Virus record (IMG/VR): IMGVR_UViG_2630968500_000009
DNA: 36,107 nucleotides
Direction: 5' to 3' (one strand)
Source: a virus
Lineage: Duplodnaviria; Heunggongvirae; Uroviricota; Caudoviricetes
The notes under the pieces were generated by a model that saw nothing but the letters and a program-made list of their open reading frames with translations, was not told the DNA's origin and did no database searches. This document shows, piece by piece, positions 1 through 9,567 of the stretch. The position numbers were made by a program, and so were the translations under genes. Numbering within the stretch: the stretch's first letter is position 1; each line of letters starts with the position of its first letter.

Positions 1-71
1 ACCAAAGCATGACATCTCTGTTTCGCACCGAAGGTGACACTTCTGCTTTGCGTTGACAGGAGAAGCAGGCT

Positions 72-227
72 ATGAAGCAGCAAAAGGCGATGTTAATCGC
101 CCTGATCGTCATCTGTTTAACCGTCATAGTGACGGCACTGGTAACGAGGAAAGACCTCTGCGAGGTACGAATCCGAACCGGCCAGACGGAGGTCGCTGTC
201 TTCACAGCTTACGAACCTGAGGAGTAA
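72..227 (+). CDS. hokD: Hok/Gef-family type I membrane toxin (51 aa)
   Basis: Hand-translated ORF (below the ORF-track size cut-off): MKQQKAMLIALIVICLTVIVTALVTRKDLCEVRIRTGQTEVAVFTAYEPEE. Single TM helix plus conserved C-terminal tail typical of Hok/RelF; followed by a terminator hairpin. Confidence 0.8.
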   Translation: MKQQKAMLIALIVICLTVIVTALVTRKDLCEVRIRTGQTEVAVFTAYEPEE

Positions 228-295
228 GAGACCCGGCGGGGGAGAAATCCCTCGCCACCTCTGATGTGGCAGGCATCCTCAACGCACCCGCACTT

Positions 296-320
296 AACCC
301 GCTTCGGCGGGTTTTTGTTT
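296..320 (+). terminator. Rho-independent terminator downstream of hok
   Basis: GC stem AACCCGC / GCGGGTT with TTCG tetraloop followed by a T-run. Confidence 0.5.
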
Positions 321-443
321 TTATTTTCAACGCGTTTGAAGTTCTGGACGGTGCCGGAATAGAATCAAAAATACTTAAGTAGCGCGCAGGGATAAGAGGG
401 ATGGTCCCTTAAAGGGGAGAGCTAATTATCCGGAAGGATTCTG

Positions 444-695
444 ATGATGAACATCGAAGAACTGCGTAAAATTTTTTGTGAAGATGGCCTCTATGCTGTG
501 TGCGTTGAAAATGGAAATCTTGTTAGTCATTACCGCATTATGTGTTTGCGAAAGAATGGGGCTGCGTTAATTAATTTTGTGGATGCTCGGGTCACGGACG
601 GATTTATCTTGCGCGAAGGTGAGTTTGTCACTTCATTACAGGCATTGAAAGAGATCGGAATAAAAGCTGGCTTTTCTGCTTTTTCAGGAGAATAA
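444..695 (+). CDS. rem: Small prophage protein (83 aa), Rem-like by position
   Basis: ORF preceded by GGAAGGA Shine-Dalgarno; position between hok and the DUF968 gene matches K-12 Qin order as I recall it. Function unknown. Confidence 0.45.
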   Translation: MMNIEELRKIFCEDGLYAVCVENGNLVSHYRIMCLRKNGAALINFVDARVTDGFILREGEFVTSLQALKEIGIKAGFSAFSGE

Positions 696-761
696 ACTCA
701 TCTACAATCTTGCGCGGGGCTGAACTCCCGCTGAGTAACACCGTGCCACCGGAGAAAACCG

Positions 762-1040
762 ATGGCACGCAACGCAAAATATTACAATTCTGATAATTCG
801 CCCGTTCTTGCCTGCACGCACGGGCGGTATTCTCACGCATTCAAGTCTGAATGGTTCCAGCACCCTCCATGCACTGCAGAACAGGCCGAATGGCTGATTC
901 ATTCTTACCGCAGGCGCGGGTTCGAGGTTAAGAAAGCTCTCAGTCTCGACTATCGGCACTGGATAATCTCTGTCAGGCTGCCTTATTCCGAACGCCCACC
1001 ACGTGCGTCCCGCACTTTCCAGCAACGGATCTGGAGGTAA
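762..1040 (+). CDS. Hypothetical protein (92 aa), translationally coupled to downstream DUF968 gene
   Basis: ORF whose TAA stop (1038-1040) overlaps the GGAGGT Shine-Dalgarno of the next gene, which starts at GTG 1042. No recognisable domain. Confidence 0.3.
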   Translation: MARNAKYYNSDNSPVLACTHGRYSHAFKSEWFQHPPCTAEQAEWLIHSYRRRGFEVKKALSLDYRHWIISVRLPYSERPPRASRTFQQRIWR

Positions 1041-1041
1041 C

Positions 1042-2091
1042 GTGCGGGTATTACTTAGACCTGTTCTGGTGCCTGAGCTTGGGCTGGTGGTCCTTAAGCC
1101 GGGCCGTGAATCCATACAGATATTTCATAATCCTCGAGTGCTGGTGGAACCGGAACCAAAAAGCATGCGTAATCTGCCATCCGGAGTCGTTCCTGCCGTT
1201 CGCCAGCCGCTGGCGGAAGACAAAACATTGCTGCCGTTTTTTAGTAACGAACGGGTGATTCGTGCTGCTGGCGGCGTTGGCGCATTGTCCGACTGGCTAT
1301 TACGTCATGTTACATCCTGCCAGTGGCCTAATGGCGATTACCATCACACTGAAACAGTCATTCACCGTTATGGTACCGGCGCAATGGTGTTGTGCTGGCA
1401 CTGCGACAACCAACTGCGTGACCAGACATCGGAATCACTGGAGCTGCTTGCTCAACAAAATCTGACAGCATGGGTGATTGACGTCATCCGTCACGCAATA
1501 AGCGGTACGCAGGAGCGGGAATTATCTTTGGCTGAATTATCCTGGTGGGCGGTCTGCAATCAGGTGGTGGATGCACTACCTGAGGCTGTATCGCGTCGTT
1601 CGCTGGGATTACCAGCGGAAAAAATCTGCTCGGTGTACCGCGAAAGCGACATCGTACCGGGAGAGCAGACCGCCACCAGCATATTGAAACAACGCACAAA
1701 AAATCTTGCACCGTTGCCTTACGCCCACCAGCAACAAAAATCACCACAGGAAAAGACGGTGGTAAGCATCACCGTTGATCCAGAGTCTCCGGAATCTTTC
1801 ATGAAGCTGCCTAAACGTCGCCGCTGGGTTAAGGAGAAATACACACGTTGGGTTAAGACACAGCCGTGTGCTTGCTGCGGTATGCCAGCCGACGATCCGC
1901 ATCATCTGATTGGTCACGGGCAGGGCGGAATGGGAACAAAAGCACATGATCTCTTTGTGTTGCCTTTGTGCAGAAAGCATCACAACGAGCTGCATACGGA
2001 TACAGTGGCATTTGAAGATAAGTATGGCTCCCAACTGGAGCTGATATTTCGTTTTATCGATCGCGCGCTGGCAATTGGCGTACTGGCGTAA
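1042..2091 (+). CDS. ydfU: DUF968-family prophage protein with C-terminal HNH-like Cys/His motif (349 aa from GTG start)
   Basis: GTG start 6 nt after a strong GGAGGT SD; C-terminus has CACCG...DPHHLIGHG...CRKHHNELH resembling an HNH/zinc-finger nuclease motif; sits immediately upstream of Q. Confidence 0.6.
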   Translation: MRVLLRPVLVPELGLVVLKPGRESIQIFHNPRVLVEPEPKSMRNLPSGVVPAVRQPLAEDKTLLPFFSNERVIRAAGGVGALSDWLLRHVTSCQWPNGDYHHTETVIHRYGTGAMVLCWHCDNQLRDQTSESLELLAQQNLTAWVIDVIRHAISGTQERELSLAELSWWAVCNQVVDALPEAVSRRSLGLPAEKICSVYRESDIVPGEQTATSILKQRTKNLAPLPYAHQQQKSPQEKTVVSITVDPESPESFMKLPKRRRWVKEKYTRWVKTQPCACCGMPADDPHHLIGHGQGGMGTKAHDLFVLPLCRKHHNELHTDTVAFEDKYGSQLELIFRFIDRALAIGVLA

Positions 2092-2104
2092 GTGGAGAAC
2101 GAGC

Positions 2105-2857
2105 ATGAACCTTGAAGCCTTACCAAAATATTACTCCCCAAAATCTCCAAAATTGAGCGATGACGCTCCAGCGACAGGCACCGGTTGTTTAACAATTACG
2201 GATGTAATGGCAGCGCAGGGGATGGTGCAGTCGAAAGCACCACTTGGGTTGGCCTTATTTCTGGCAAAAGTTGGTGTTCAGGACCCTCAGTTTGCGATTG
2301 AAGGCCTGCTAAATTACGCGATGGCACTGGATAACCCGACATTGAACAAATTGAGTGAAGAAATCCGGTTACAGATTATTCCTTACCTCGTGAGTTTTGC
2401 CTTTGCTGATTACTCCAGGTCTGCGGCAAGTAAGGCTCGCTGTGAGCATTGTTCAGGTACGGGATTTTATAATGTATTGCGCGAAGTGGTGAAACACTAC
2501 AGACGCGGGGAATCTGTAATCAAGGAAGAATGGGTGAAGGAACTATGTCAGCATTGCCATGGTAAGGGCGAAGCCAGCACAGCGTGCAGAGGGTGTAAGG
2601 GTAAAGGGATTGTTCTGGATGAAAAAAGAACCCGGTTTCATGGCGTACCGGTATATAAGATTTGTGGGCGTTGTAATGGAAACCGGTTTAGTCGTTTACC
2701 GACCACGCTGGCACGACGTCATGTCCAGAAGCTGGTACCAGACCTGACCGATTATCAGTGGTATAAGGGGTATGCGGACGTCATTGGTAAACTGGTAACA
2801 AAGTGCTGGCAGGAAGAAGCATACGCGGAAGCGCAATTGAGGAAGGTGACGAGATAA
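2105..2857 (+). CDS. Q: Late-gene antiterminator Q (250 aa)
   Basis: Position directly upstream of a promoter/terminator pair and the lysis cassette; Cys-rich zinc-finger-like motifs (CEHCSGTG, CQHCHGKG, CRGCKGKG, CGRCNG); SD GGAGA before ATG 2105. Confidence 0.65.
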   Translation: MNLEALPKYYSPKSPKLSDDAPATGTGCLTITDVMAAQGMVQSKAPLGLALFLAKVGVQDPQFAIEGLLNYAMALDNPTLNKLSEEIRLQIIPYLVSFAFADYSRSAASKARCEHCSGTGFYNVLREVVKHYRRGESVIKEEWVKELCQHCHGKGEASTACRGCKGKGIVLDEKRTRFHGVPVYKICGRCNGNRFSRLPTTLARRHVQKLVPDLTDYQWYKGYADVIGKLVTKCWQEEAYAEAQLRKVTR

Positions 2858-2888
2858 ATGATTTTTGCTGAAGATGGCGACATGATGT

Positions 2889-2917
2889 TTGCATTTTTCA
2901 AAAAATATGGATAAAAT
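2889..2917 (+). promoter_or_regulatory. Candidate late promoter (pR'-like) downstream of Q
   Basis: TTGCAT (-35), 17-nt spacer, TAAAAT (-10); about 30 nt after the Q stop, where lambdoid late promoters lie. Confidence 0.3.
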
Positions 2918-2962
2918 TTTTTCAACGATGGGCTTTGTATACCCGACGTTAAGAAAAAGTAG

Positions 2963-2990
2963 AAAACCCGCTGATGAGCGGGTTTTGTGC
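2963..2990 (+). terminator. Candidate tR'-like intrinsic terminator (Q antitermination target)
   Basis: Hairpin AAAACCCGC-TGATGA-GCGGGTTTT followed by a T-rich tract, about 45 nt downstream of the candidate promoter. Confidence 0.45.
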
Positions 2991-3278
2991 TTTAAATGGG
3001 GCAATGGTAATGTTGAATCTCATCCCGGGACTCATGTCTGTTAACTTATTATTTAGCTGGTGACTTGGTTATTTGCCTGATGTTTAAAATGTTTTCTTCC
3101 AGTACAATGTCCCTAAACACAATGAGTCTGCTTATTATATTATTAGCAGAGCTATTACGGCCAAAGTACAGCATAAGCTTTTAAAGCCAATCAACCAGTC
3201 ATCAAGACAGACGGGGTTATTCATAAAAACTCTCCATGTGTGATCCGATGGGGCCTGAAATTAAAGCTTTAATATAGC

Positions 3279-3491
3279 TCATGAAAGGTAAACATTGGCA
3301 GCTGAAGGGCCACGCAGACCATTTATCCGGCAAAATTCCACGCGTAATCCGGTGGTAATTTCTTCTGCATCGCGGAGATTGAGCGCTGAAACATGAAGCT
3401 GGACATCGATACGACCATCGGATGGGGTGATAAGACCCTTGCCGCTTTTGCCGTCAAAGGTTTTGACAATTCCTGTCATTTTACGGGACAA
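3279..3491 (-). CDS. cspF: Cold-shock-domain protein, CspF-like (70 aa)
   Basis: [26 protein letters not shown]... is a divergent CspA-family member; transcribed divergently from cspB. Confidence 0.8.
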
Positions 3492-3791
3492 AAAAATTCC
3501 TTAATACTGATAACTTGGCGCACTATACACACGTTCCTGAAGAAAGCTATAGTTTTTTGATGGGGTTGAAGATGGCTGGATGTCTAAAATAAACATTGCT
3601 TCATATGTTCAACTATGCGTTAATGATTGCGTCGGTTTGAAGAACAGACGATATACGAAGTAGTTTACTAAAGCAGTTCTCATTTCAGGTGTTATTCACT
3701 TATTCCTTCTTTGAGTCTCTCCAATTAAGTACGAAGTCGTTTCTGTTATGCAAACCATTTATGCCGAAAGGCTCAAGTTAAGGAATGTAGA

Positions 3792-4007
3792 ATGTCAAAT
3801 AAAATGACTGGTTTAGTAAAATGGTTTAACGCTGATAAAGGTTTCGGCTTTATTTCTCCTGTTGATGGTAGTAAAGATGTGTTTGTGCATTTTTCTGCGA
3901 TTCAGAATGATAATTATCGAACCTTATTTGAAGGTCAAAAGGTTACCTTCTCTATAGAGAGTGGTGCTAAAGGTCCTGCAGCAGCAAATGTCATCATTAC
4001 TGATTAA
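3792..4007 (+). CDS. cspB: Cold-shock protein CspB-like (71 aa)
   Basis: [23 protein letters not shown]...VHFSAI... carries canonical CspA RNP1/RNP2 motifs; long AT-rich 5' leader. Confidence 0.8.
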   Translation: MSNKMTGLVKWFNADKGFGFISPVDGSKDVFVHFSAIQNDNYRTLFEGQKVTFSIESGAKGPAAANVIITD

Positions 4008-4288
4008 AATTCATCGCTCGTCTGTATACGATAACGAAGAAGGCTGATGCCTGAGTAGAGATACGGACAGAGTAGTGAATATTGGATCTCTTTAATAAAA
4101 AGTAAGGAGGTCCAATACATGAAACAATGGCTAGCATATTTGGCAAAATATTAATCAGGAAAAGTATGCTAACCATTGTGGTGAAGTGCAGGTTTGCTGC
4201 ATGAATAGTTTTACAGCAGAAGCTAACTGCTGGCATGGCAAAACAAAGTGCGTAAGTGGATGACTCCCACAAAAAGCACCACAATCTC

Positions 4289-4312
4289 AAACCCGCTCAG
4301 GCGGGTTTTTTA
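4289..4312 (+). terminator. Rho-independent terminator downstream of cspB
   Basis: AACCCGC-TCAG-GCGGGTT followed by TTTTTTATT. Confidence 0.5.
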
Positions 4313-4370
4313 TTATCTGCTTTAAATATATTATTAAAATATAAAAAATACTTGTTACTAATAAAATCAA

Positions 4371-4541
4371 TCAGGCTACAGCTTTAAGATTTGTCTGGAA
4401 TATTTTGTTGCAATGAGGGCAGATCAAAAGGGCACCTTTTTGTACTCTTGAAAAACTGTGTTCTGACTCTTGGGTGCAGTTTGGGCAGGAACATTTAACG
4501 AGATAATTACGGCGTGATTTTGAGTTTTTACGTTCTGACAT
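4371..4541 (-). CDS. Small zinc-ribbon-like protein (56 aa from internal ATG)
   Basis: Two Cys pairs (CSCPNC ... CPHC); AGGAA SD upstream of ATG at 4541; antisense to the late operon between cspB and the holin. Confidence 0.3.
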   Translation of the reverse strand: MSERKNSKSRRNYLVKCSCPNCTQESEHSFSRVQKGALLICPHCNKIFQTNLKAVA

Positions 4542-4760
4542 AGGCTTTTCCTGTATAAATGGCCGTATACAGTACACTAAATATGAAAACATTTCTCGTA
4601 TTATTATTTTATATATGACTTTCTTTCAAAATAATTACCCACATTTTTAATGTGTATGTTTTTTTAGCGCCGTTGAGAACAACGTGTGCTGTCAAAACTA
4701 CCCCGTAGACTCCGATCTTTTCAAACATATTGCACCATCCGTGTACATCGGGGTGAGGAT

Positions 4761-4976
4761 ATGAAATCAATGGATAAGTTAACAACAGGTGTTGCCTATG
4801 GCACATCGGCGGGTAATGCTGGTTTCTGGGCATTGCAGTTACTCGATAAAGTAACTCCGTCACAGTGGGCTGCAATCGGTGTGCTGGGTAGCCTGGTTTT
4901 TGGCCTGCTGACGTATCTGACAAATCTTTATTTCAAGATTAAAGAAGACAGGCGTAAGGCTGCGAGAGGAGAGTAA
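4761..4976 (+). CDS. essQ: Pinholin, phage 21 S-type (71 aa, dual-start motif MKSM)
   Basis: [26 protein letters not shown]...[35 protein letters not shown] closely resembles S21 pinholin; GGTGAGGA SD; two Met codons at positions 1 and 4. Confidence 0.85.
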   Translation: MKSMDKLTTGVAYGTSAGNAGFWALQLLDKVTPSQWAAIGVLGSLVFGLLTYLTNLYFKIKEDRRKAARGE

Positions 4977-4980
4977 TCCA

Positions 4981-5288
4981 ATGACTCAAGACTATGAACT
5001 GGTTGTGAAAGGAGTCCGTAATTTTGAGAATAAAGTTACGGTAACTGTAGCCTTACAGGACAAAGAACGCTTTGACGGTGAAATTTTTGACCTGGATGTC
5101 GCCATGGACCGTGTTGAAGGAGCTGCGCTGGAGTTTTATGAGGCAGCAGCCAGAAGGAGCGTCCGGCAAGTCTTCCTGGAAGTAGCAGAAAAATTGTCAG
5201 AAAAAGTTGAGTCTTATCTGCAGCATCAGTACTCCTTTAAGATTGAAAATCCTGCCAATAAGCACGAGCGTCCTCATCATAAATATCT

Positions 5289-5292
<4 letters not shown>
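4981..5292 (+). CDS. ydfR: Acidic hypothetical protein interposed in the lysis cassette (103 aa)
   Basis: ORF tightly packed between holin stop and endolysin start; same position as ydfR in K-12 Qin. Confidence 0.6.
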
Positions 5293-6316
<1,024 letters not shown>

Positions 6317-6432
6317 GGTAATATTAAATCGGAACATTTACATCGCGGAATGTAAAATTTAAATAAAAAGGACTCTTCCATGAGCCAAAATTCCTGAAAT
6401 CTTAAGGGTAAGATAAAAGGTCTTAATCAGAA

Positions 6433-6441
6433 TGACACGTT
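6433..6441. repeat. IS1 target-site duplication, left copy (TGACACGTT)
   Basis: Identical 9-bp sequence immediately flanks both IS1 ends. Confidence 0.85.
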
Positions 6442-6496
6442 GGTGATGCTGCCAACTTACTGATTTAGTGTATGATGGTGTTTTTGAGGTGCTCCA

Positions 6497-6772
6497 GTGG
6501 CTTCTGTTTCTATCAGCTGTCCCTCCTGTTCAGCTACTGACGGGGTGGTGCGTAACGGCAAAAGCACCGCCGGACATCAGCGCTATCTCTGCTCTCACTG
6601 CCGTAAAACATGGCAACTGCAGTTCACTTACACCGCTTCTCAACCCGGTACGCACCAGAAAATCATTGATATGGCCATGAATGGCGTTGGATGCCGGGCA
6701 ACAGCCCGCATTATGGGCGTTGGCCTCAACACGATTTTACGTCACTTAAAAAACTCAGGCCGCAGTCGGTAA
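6497..6772 (+). CDS. insA: IS1 InsA (91 aa)
   Basis: [43 protein letters not shown]... matches IS1 InsA. Confidence 0.9.
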
Positions 6773-7194
6773 CCTCGCGCATACAGCCGGGCAGTGACGT
6801 CATCGTCTGCGCGGAAATGGACGAACAGTGGGGATACGTCGGGGCTAAATCGCGCCAGCGCTGGCTGTTTTACGCGTATGACAGTCTCCGGAAGACGGTT
6901 GTTGCGCACGTATTCGGTGAACGCACTATGGCGACGCTGGGGCGTCTTATGAGCCTGCTGTCACCCTTTGACGTGGTGATATGGATGACGGATGGCTGGC
7001 CGCTGTATGAATCCCGCCTGAAGGGAAAGCTGCACGTAATCAGCAAGCGATATACGCAGCGAATTGAGCGGCATAACCTGAATCTGAGGCAGCACCTGGC
7101 ACGGCTGGGACGGAAGTCGCTGTCGTTCTCAAAATCGGTGGAGCTGCATGACAAAGTCATCGGGCATTATCTGAACATAAAACACTATCAATAA
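6691..7194 (+). CDS. insB: IS1 InsB (167 aa; InsAB' transposase made by -1 frameshift)
   Basis: [25 protein letters not shown]... matches IS1 InsB. Confidence 0.9.
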
Positions 7195-7209
7195 GTTGGA
7201 GTCATTACC

Positions 7210-7218
7210 TGACACGTT
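7210..7218. repeat. IS1 target-site duplication, right copy (TGACACGTT)
   Basis: Direct repeat of 6433-6441. Confidence 0.85.
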
Positions 7219-7455
7219 TTATTAATAAATAAAGCTATTCTTTCATTGCTGTGTTTTTCTTTACAAAAGTAATCCTTGCTATGGGTGGTTAATCATGCGT
7301 TAATGGTGTTCTGGTTTGTTACAAATTTATCTGAAGCAGTCATTGTTATAATTTTATTATTTGTACCTCTTGAGATTTCCTTGTTGGTTTTTCTCTCTGA
7401 TATTTTTTTTCGGACCATTCTGCCCAAGGGCTAATTTCTTCAAAAGGTAATAATT

Positions 7456-7668
7456 ATGTCTAACAAAATGACTGGTTTAGTGAAATGGTTTAACCCTGAA
7501 AAAGGTTTTGGTTTCATCACGCCGAAAGATGGCAGCAAAGATGTGTTTGTCCATTTCTCAGCAATTCAGAGCAACGATTTCAAAACATTAACTGAGAATC
7601 AGGAAGTTGAATTTGGTATTGAGAACGGACCTAAAGGTCCTGCCGCTGTTCATGTAGTGGCGCTTTGA
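7456..7668 (+). CDS. cspI: Cold-shock protein CspI-like (70 aa)
   Basis: [38 protein letters not shown]...; long AT-rich leader; CspA-family motifs. Confidence 0.8.
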   Translation: MSNKMTGLVKWFNPEKGFGFITPKDGSKDVFVHFSAIQSNDFKTLTENQEVEFGIENGPKGPAAVHVVAL

Positions 7669-7873
7669 GGTAGACAATATTACAAACCATATTCACTTTA
7701 GATGCCCGTGTTGTCATGGTTCCCAGTATAGAACATCATCTTTTGATGTTTCTGACATGAATCCTTTCGGGGCAAAATGTATCTTTTGTAAATCAATGAT
7801 GATTACATTTGATAATATTTCACAATACTTAAATGCCAGCCGTCTGTCGTTGGATTTAAAAAAGTGAAAATGA

Positions 7874-7897
7874 AGGCTCCTTCGGGAGCTTTTTTGC
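7874..7897 (+). terminator. Rho-independent terminator
   Basis: AGGCTCC-TTCG-GGAGCT hairpin followed by TTTTT. Confidence 0.45.
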
Positions 7898-7939
7898 TTG
7901 GTGTCTATTCGATGGATACTCACATACTACGGTAACATC

Positions 7940-8170
7940 ATGAAAAAAATCATAGTTTTTTTTAACTCTGAACCAGCAGTGGTAGTGCCAGCGATGACTG
8001 GAGTTAACACCATCATGCGTGAATATCCAAATGGCGAAAAAACACACCTTACTGTAATGGCCGCAGGGTTTCCATCTCTGACCGGAGATCATAAAGTCAT
8101 TTATGTAGCCGCGGATCGACATGTTACTTCAGAAGAAATTCTGGAAGCAGCAATAAGGCTCTTGAGTTGA
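7940..8170 (+). CDS. Hypothetical small protein (76 aa from ATG 7940)
   Basis: ORF between cspI and gnsB; weak SD; start uncertain (the track ORF begins at TTG 7898). Confidence 0.35.
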   Translation: MKKIIVFFNSEPAVVVPAMTGVNTIMREYPNGEKTHLTVMAAGFPSLTGDHKVIYVAADRHVTSEEILEAAIRLLS

Positions 8171-8341
8171 TTTGATGCTATTGCATTGATAATTCAGGAA
8201 AATTCTCTTTGTCTGTTTGTGTAAAATTTAGACTATCGTATGTTGATTATTGCGATGTTTCATCTTATCTTTTACACGTTTGCACCATATAATCGACTTA
8301 CTGTGTAACTGGAAAGTCATAACAGACTAAAAGAGGAAATG

Positions 8342-8515
8342 ATGAATATTGAAAACTTAAAAACAAAAGCAGAAGCAGATATTTCTGAATATATAACAAA
8401 AAAAATTATTGAACTTAAGAAAAAGACCGGGAAAGAAGTTACCAGTATTCAGTTTACCGCACGGGAAAAAATGACGGGTCTTGAAAGCTATGATGTCAAG
8501 ATTAATTTAATCTGA
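8342..8515 (+). CDS. gnsB: GnsA/GnsB-family small protein (57 aa)
   Basis: Hand-translated, below ORF-track cut-off: MNIENLKTKAEADISEYITKKIIELKKKTGKEVTSIQFTAREKMTGLESYDVKINLI; AAGAGGA SD; TATAAT box at 8288-8293. Confidence 0.7.
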   Translation: MNIENLKTKAEADISEYITKKIIELKKKTGKEVTSIQFTAREKMTGLESYDVKINLI

Positions 8516-8666
8516 TGTATTCAATAATAAAATTTATCCATAAACCTCGTTTTTACGGGGTTTTGTTATATTTGAATGGTTCCGAATATCTAAATCACAA
8601 TTGTTGATGGTTTTTATTAAACCAATGCAGTCCGGCTCAGGAGTGAGAGAAGCCGGACGTTATGGT

Positions 8667-9077
8667 TTAGCGTGGTAAGATCTGTGTAGTTTTCTGGATG
8701 CTTTCAGTAAATAGTAATGAATTATCAAAGGTATAGTAATATCTTTTTTGTTCGTGGATATTTGTAACCCACCGAAAAACTCCTGCTTTAGCAAGGTTTC
8801 TTCTGTATTCCTGAAATGTGATCTCTCTGGATTTCAGCTTATTAGAGGTCGTTTCTATAAGATGCCTATCCTTTGAAAATTTGACAGACACAATGTTTTT
8901 TAGGCCCTTTAATAACACTGTATTATCATTTTTTAATACAATATGAACATTCTCTGTGGCTAAATAGTAAATGTAATGTGAGACATTGTGACGTTTTAGC
9001 TCAGAATAAAACCATTGATAGTTTAAATCGTTTCGAACTTTATCAAATATTTGTTTAAAAATGACTACCTGATCCAT
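8667..9077 (-). CDS. ydfO: DUF1398-family prophage protein (136 aa from ATG 9077)
   Basis: ORF antisense to the late operon; GGAAGG SD upstream of the internal ATG; conserved position next to cos. Confidence 0.65.
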
Positions 9078-9134
9078 AGATAAACCTTCCATGTGATATG
9101 AGGGGGCGTAGTCTGCACGATTATCTAAATTGCT

Positions 9135-9368
9135 TCAATCTGGTCTGACCTGTTTTCTGAGCAATTCAGTAATGTCACTCTTTTCTTTGTTTGCTTCAGA
9201 AGAAACTCTTTTTTCTGAGCACAGTCTCCGGCGGCAGGCTTCAATGACCCAGGCTGAGAAATTCCCGGACCCTTTTTGCTCAAGAGCGATGTTAATTTGT
9301 TCAATCATTTGGTTAGGAAAGCGGATGTTGCGGGTTGTTGTTCTGCGGGTTCTGTTCTTCGTTGACAT
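9135..9368 (-). CDS. ynfO: Ribbon-helix-helix-like small DNA-binding protein (77 aa)
   Basis: N-terminal basic stretch then NIRFPNQMIEQINIALEQKG...FSAWVIEA, resembling Arc/CopG RHH folds; immediately upstream of and co-oriented with ydfO. Confidence 0.5.
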   Translation of the reverse strand: MSTKNRTRRTTTRNIRFPNQMIEQINIALEQKGSGNFSAWVIEACRRRLCSEKRVSSEANKEKSDITELLRKQVRPD

Positions 9369-9567
9369 GAGGTTGCCCCGTATTCAGTGTCGCTGATTTG
9401 TATTGTCTGAAGTTGTTTTTACGTTAAGTTGATGCAGATCAATTAATACGATACCTGCGTCATAATTGATTATTTGACGTGGTTTGATGGCCTCCACGCA
9501 CGTTGTGATATGTAGATGATAATCATTATCACTTTACGGGTCCTTTCCGGTGATCCGACAGGTTACG

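Larger units (their letters stand above)
6442..7209 (+). mobile_element. Insertion sequence IS1 (768 bp) with terminal inverted repeats
   Basis: Begins GGTGATGCTGCCAACTTACTGAT and ends ...AAGTTGGAGTCATTACC; encodes InsA and InsB; A6C frameshift motif at 6748-6754. Confidence 0.95.

Noticed and set aside
1-71. Possible mok reading frame or sok antisense RNA upstream of hok
   Set aside because: Only 71 nt are available and no frame overlapping hok was found; cannot be supported from this window.
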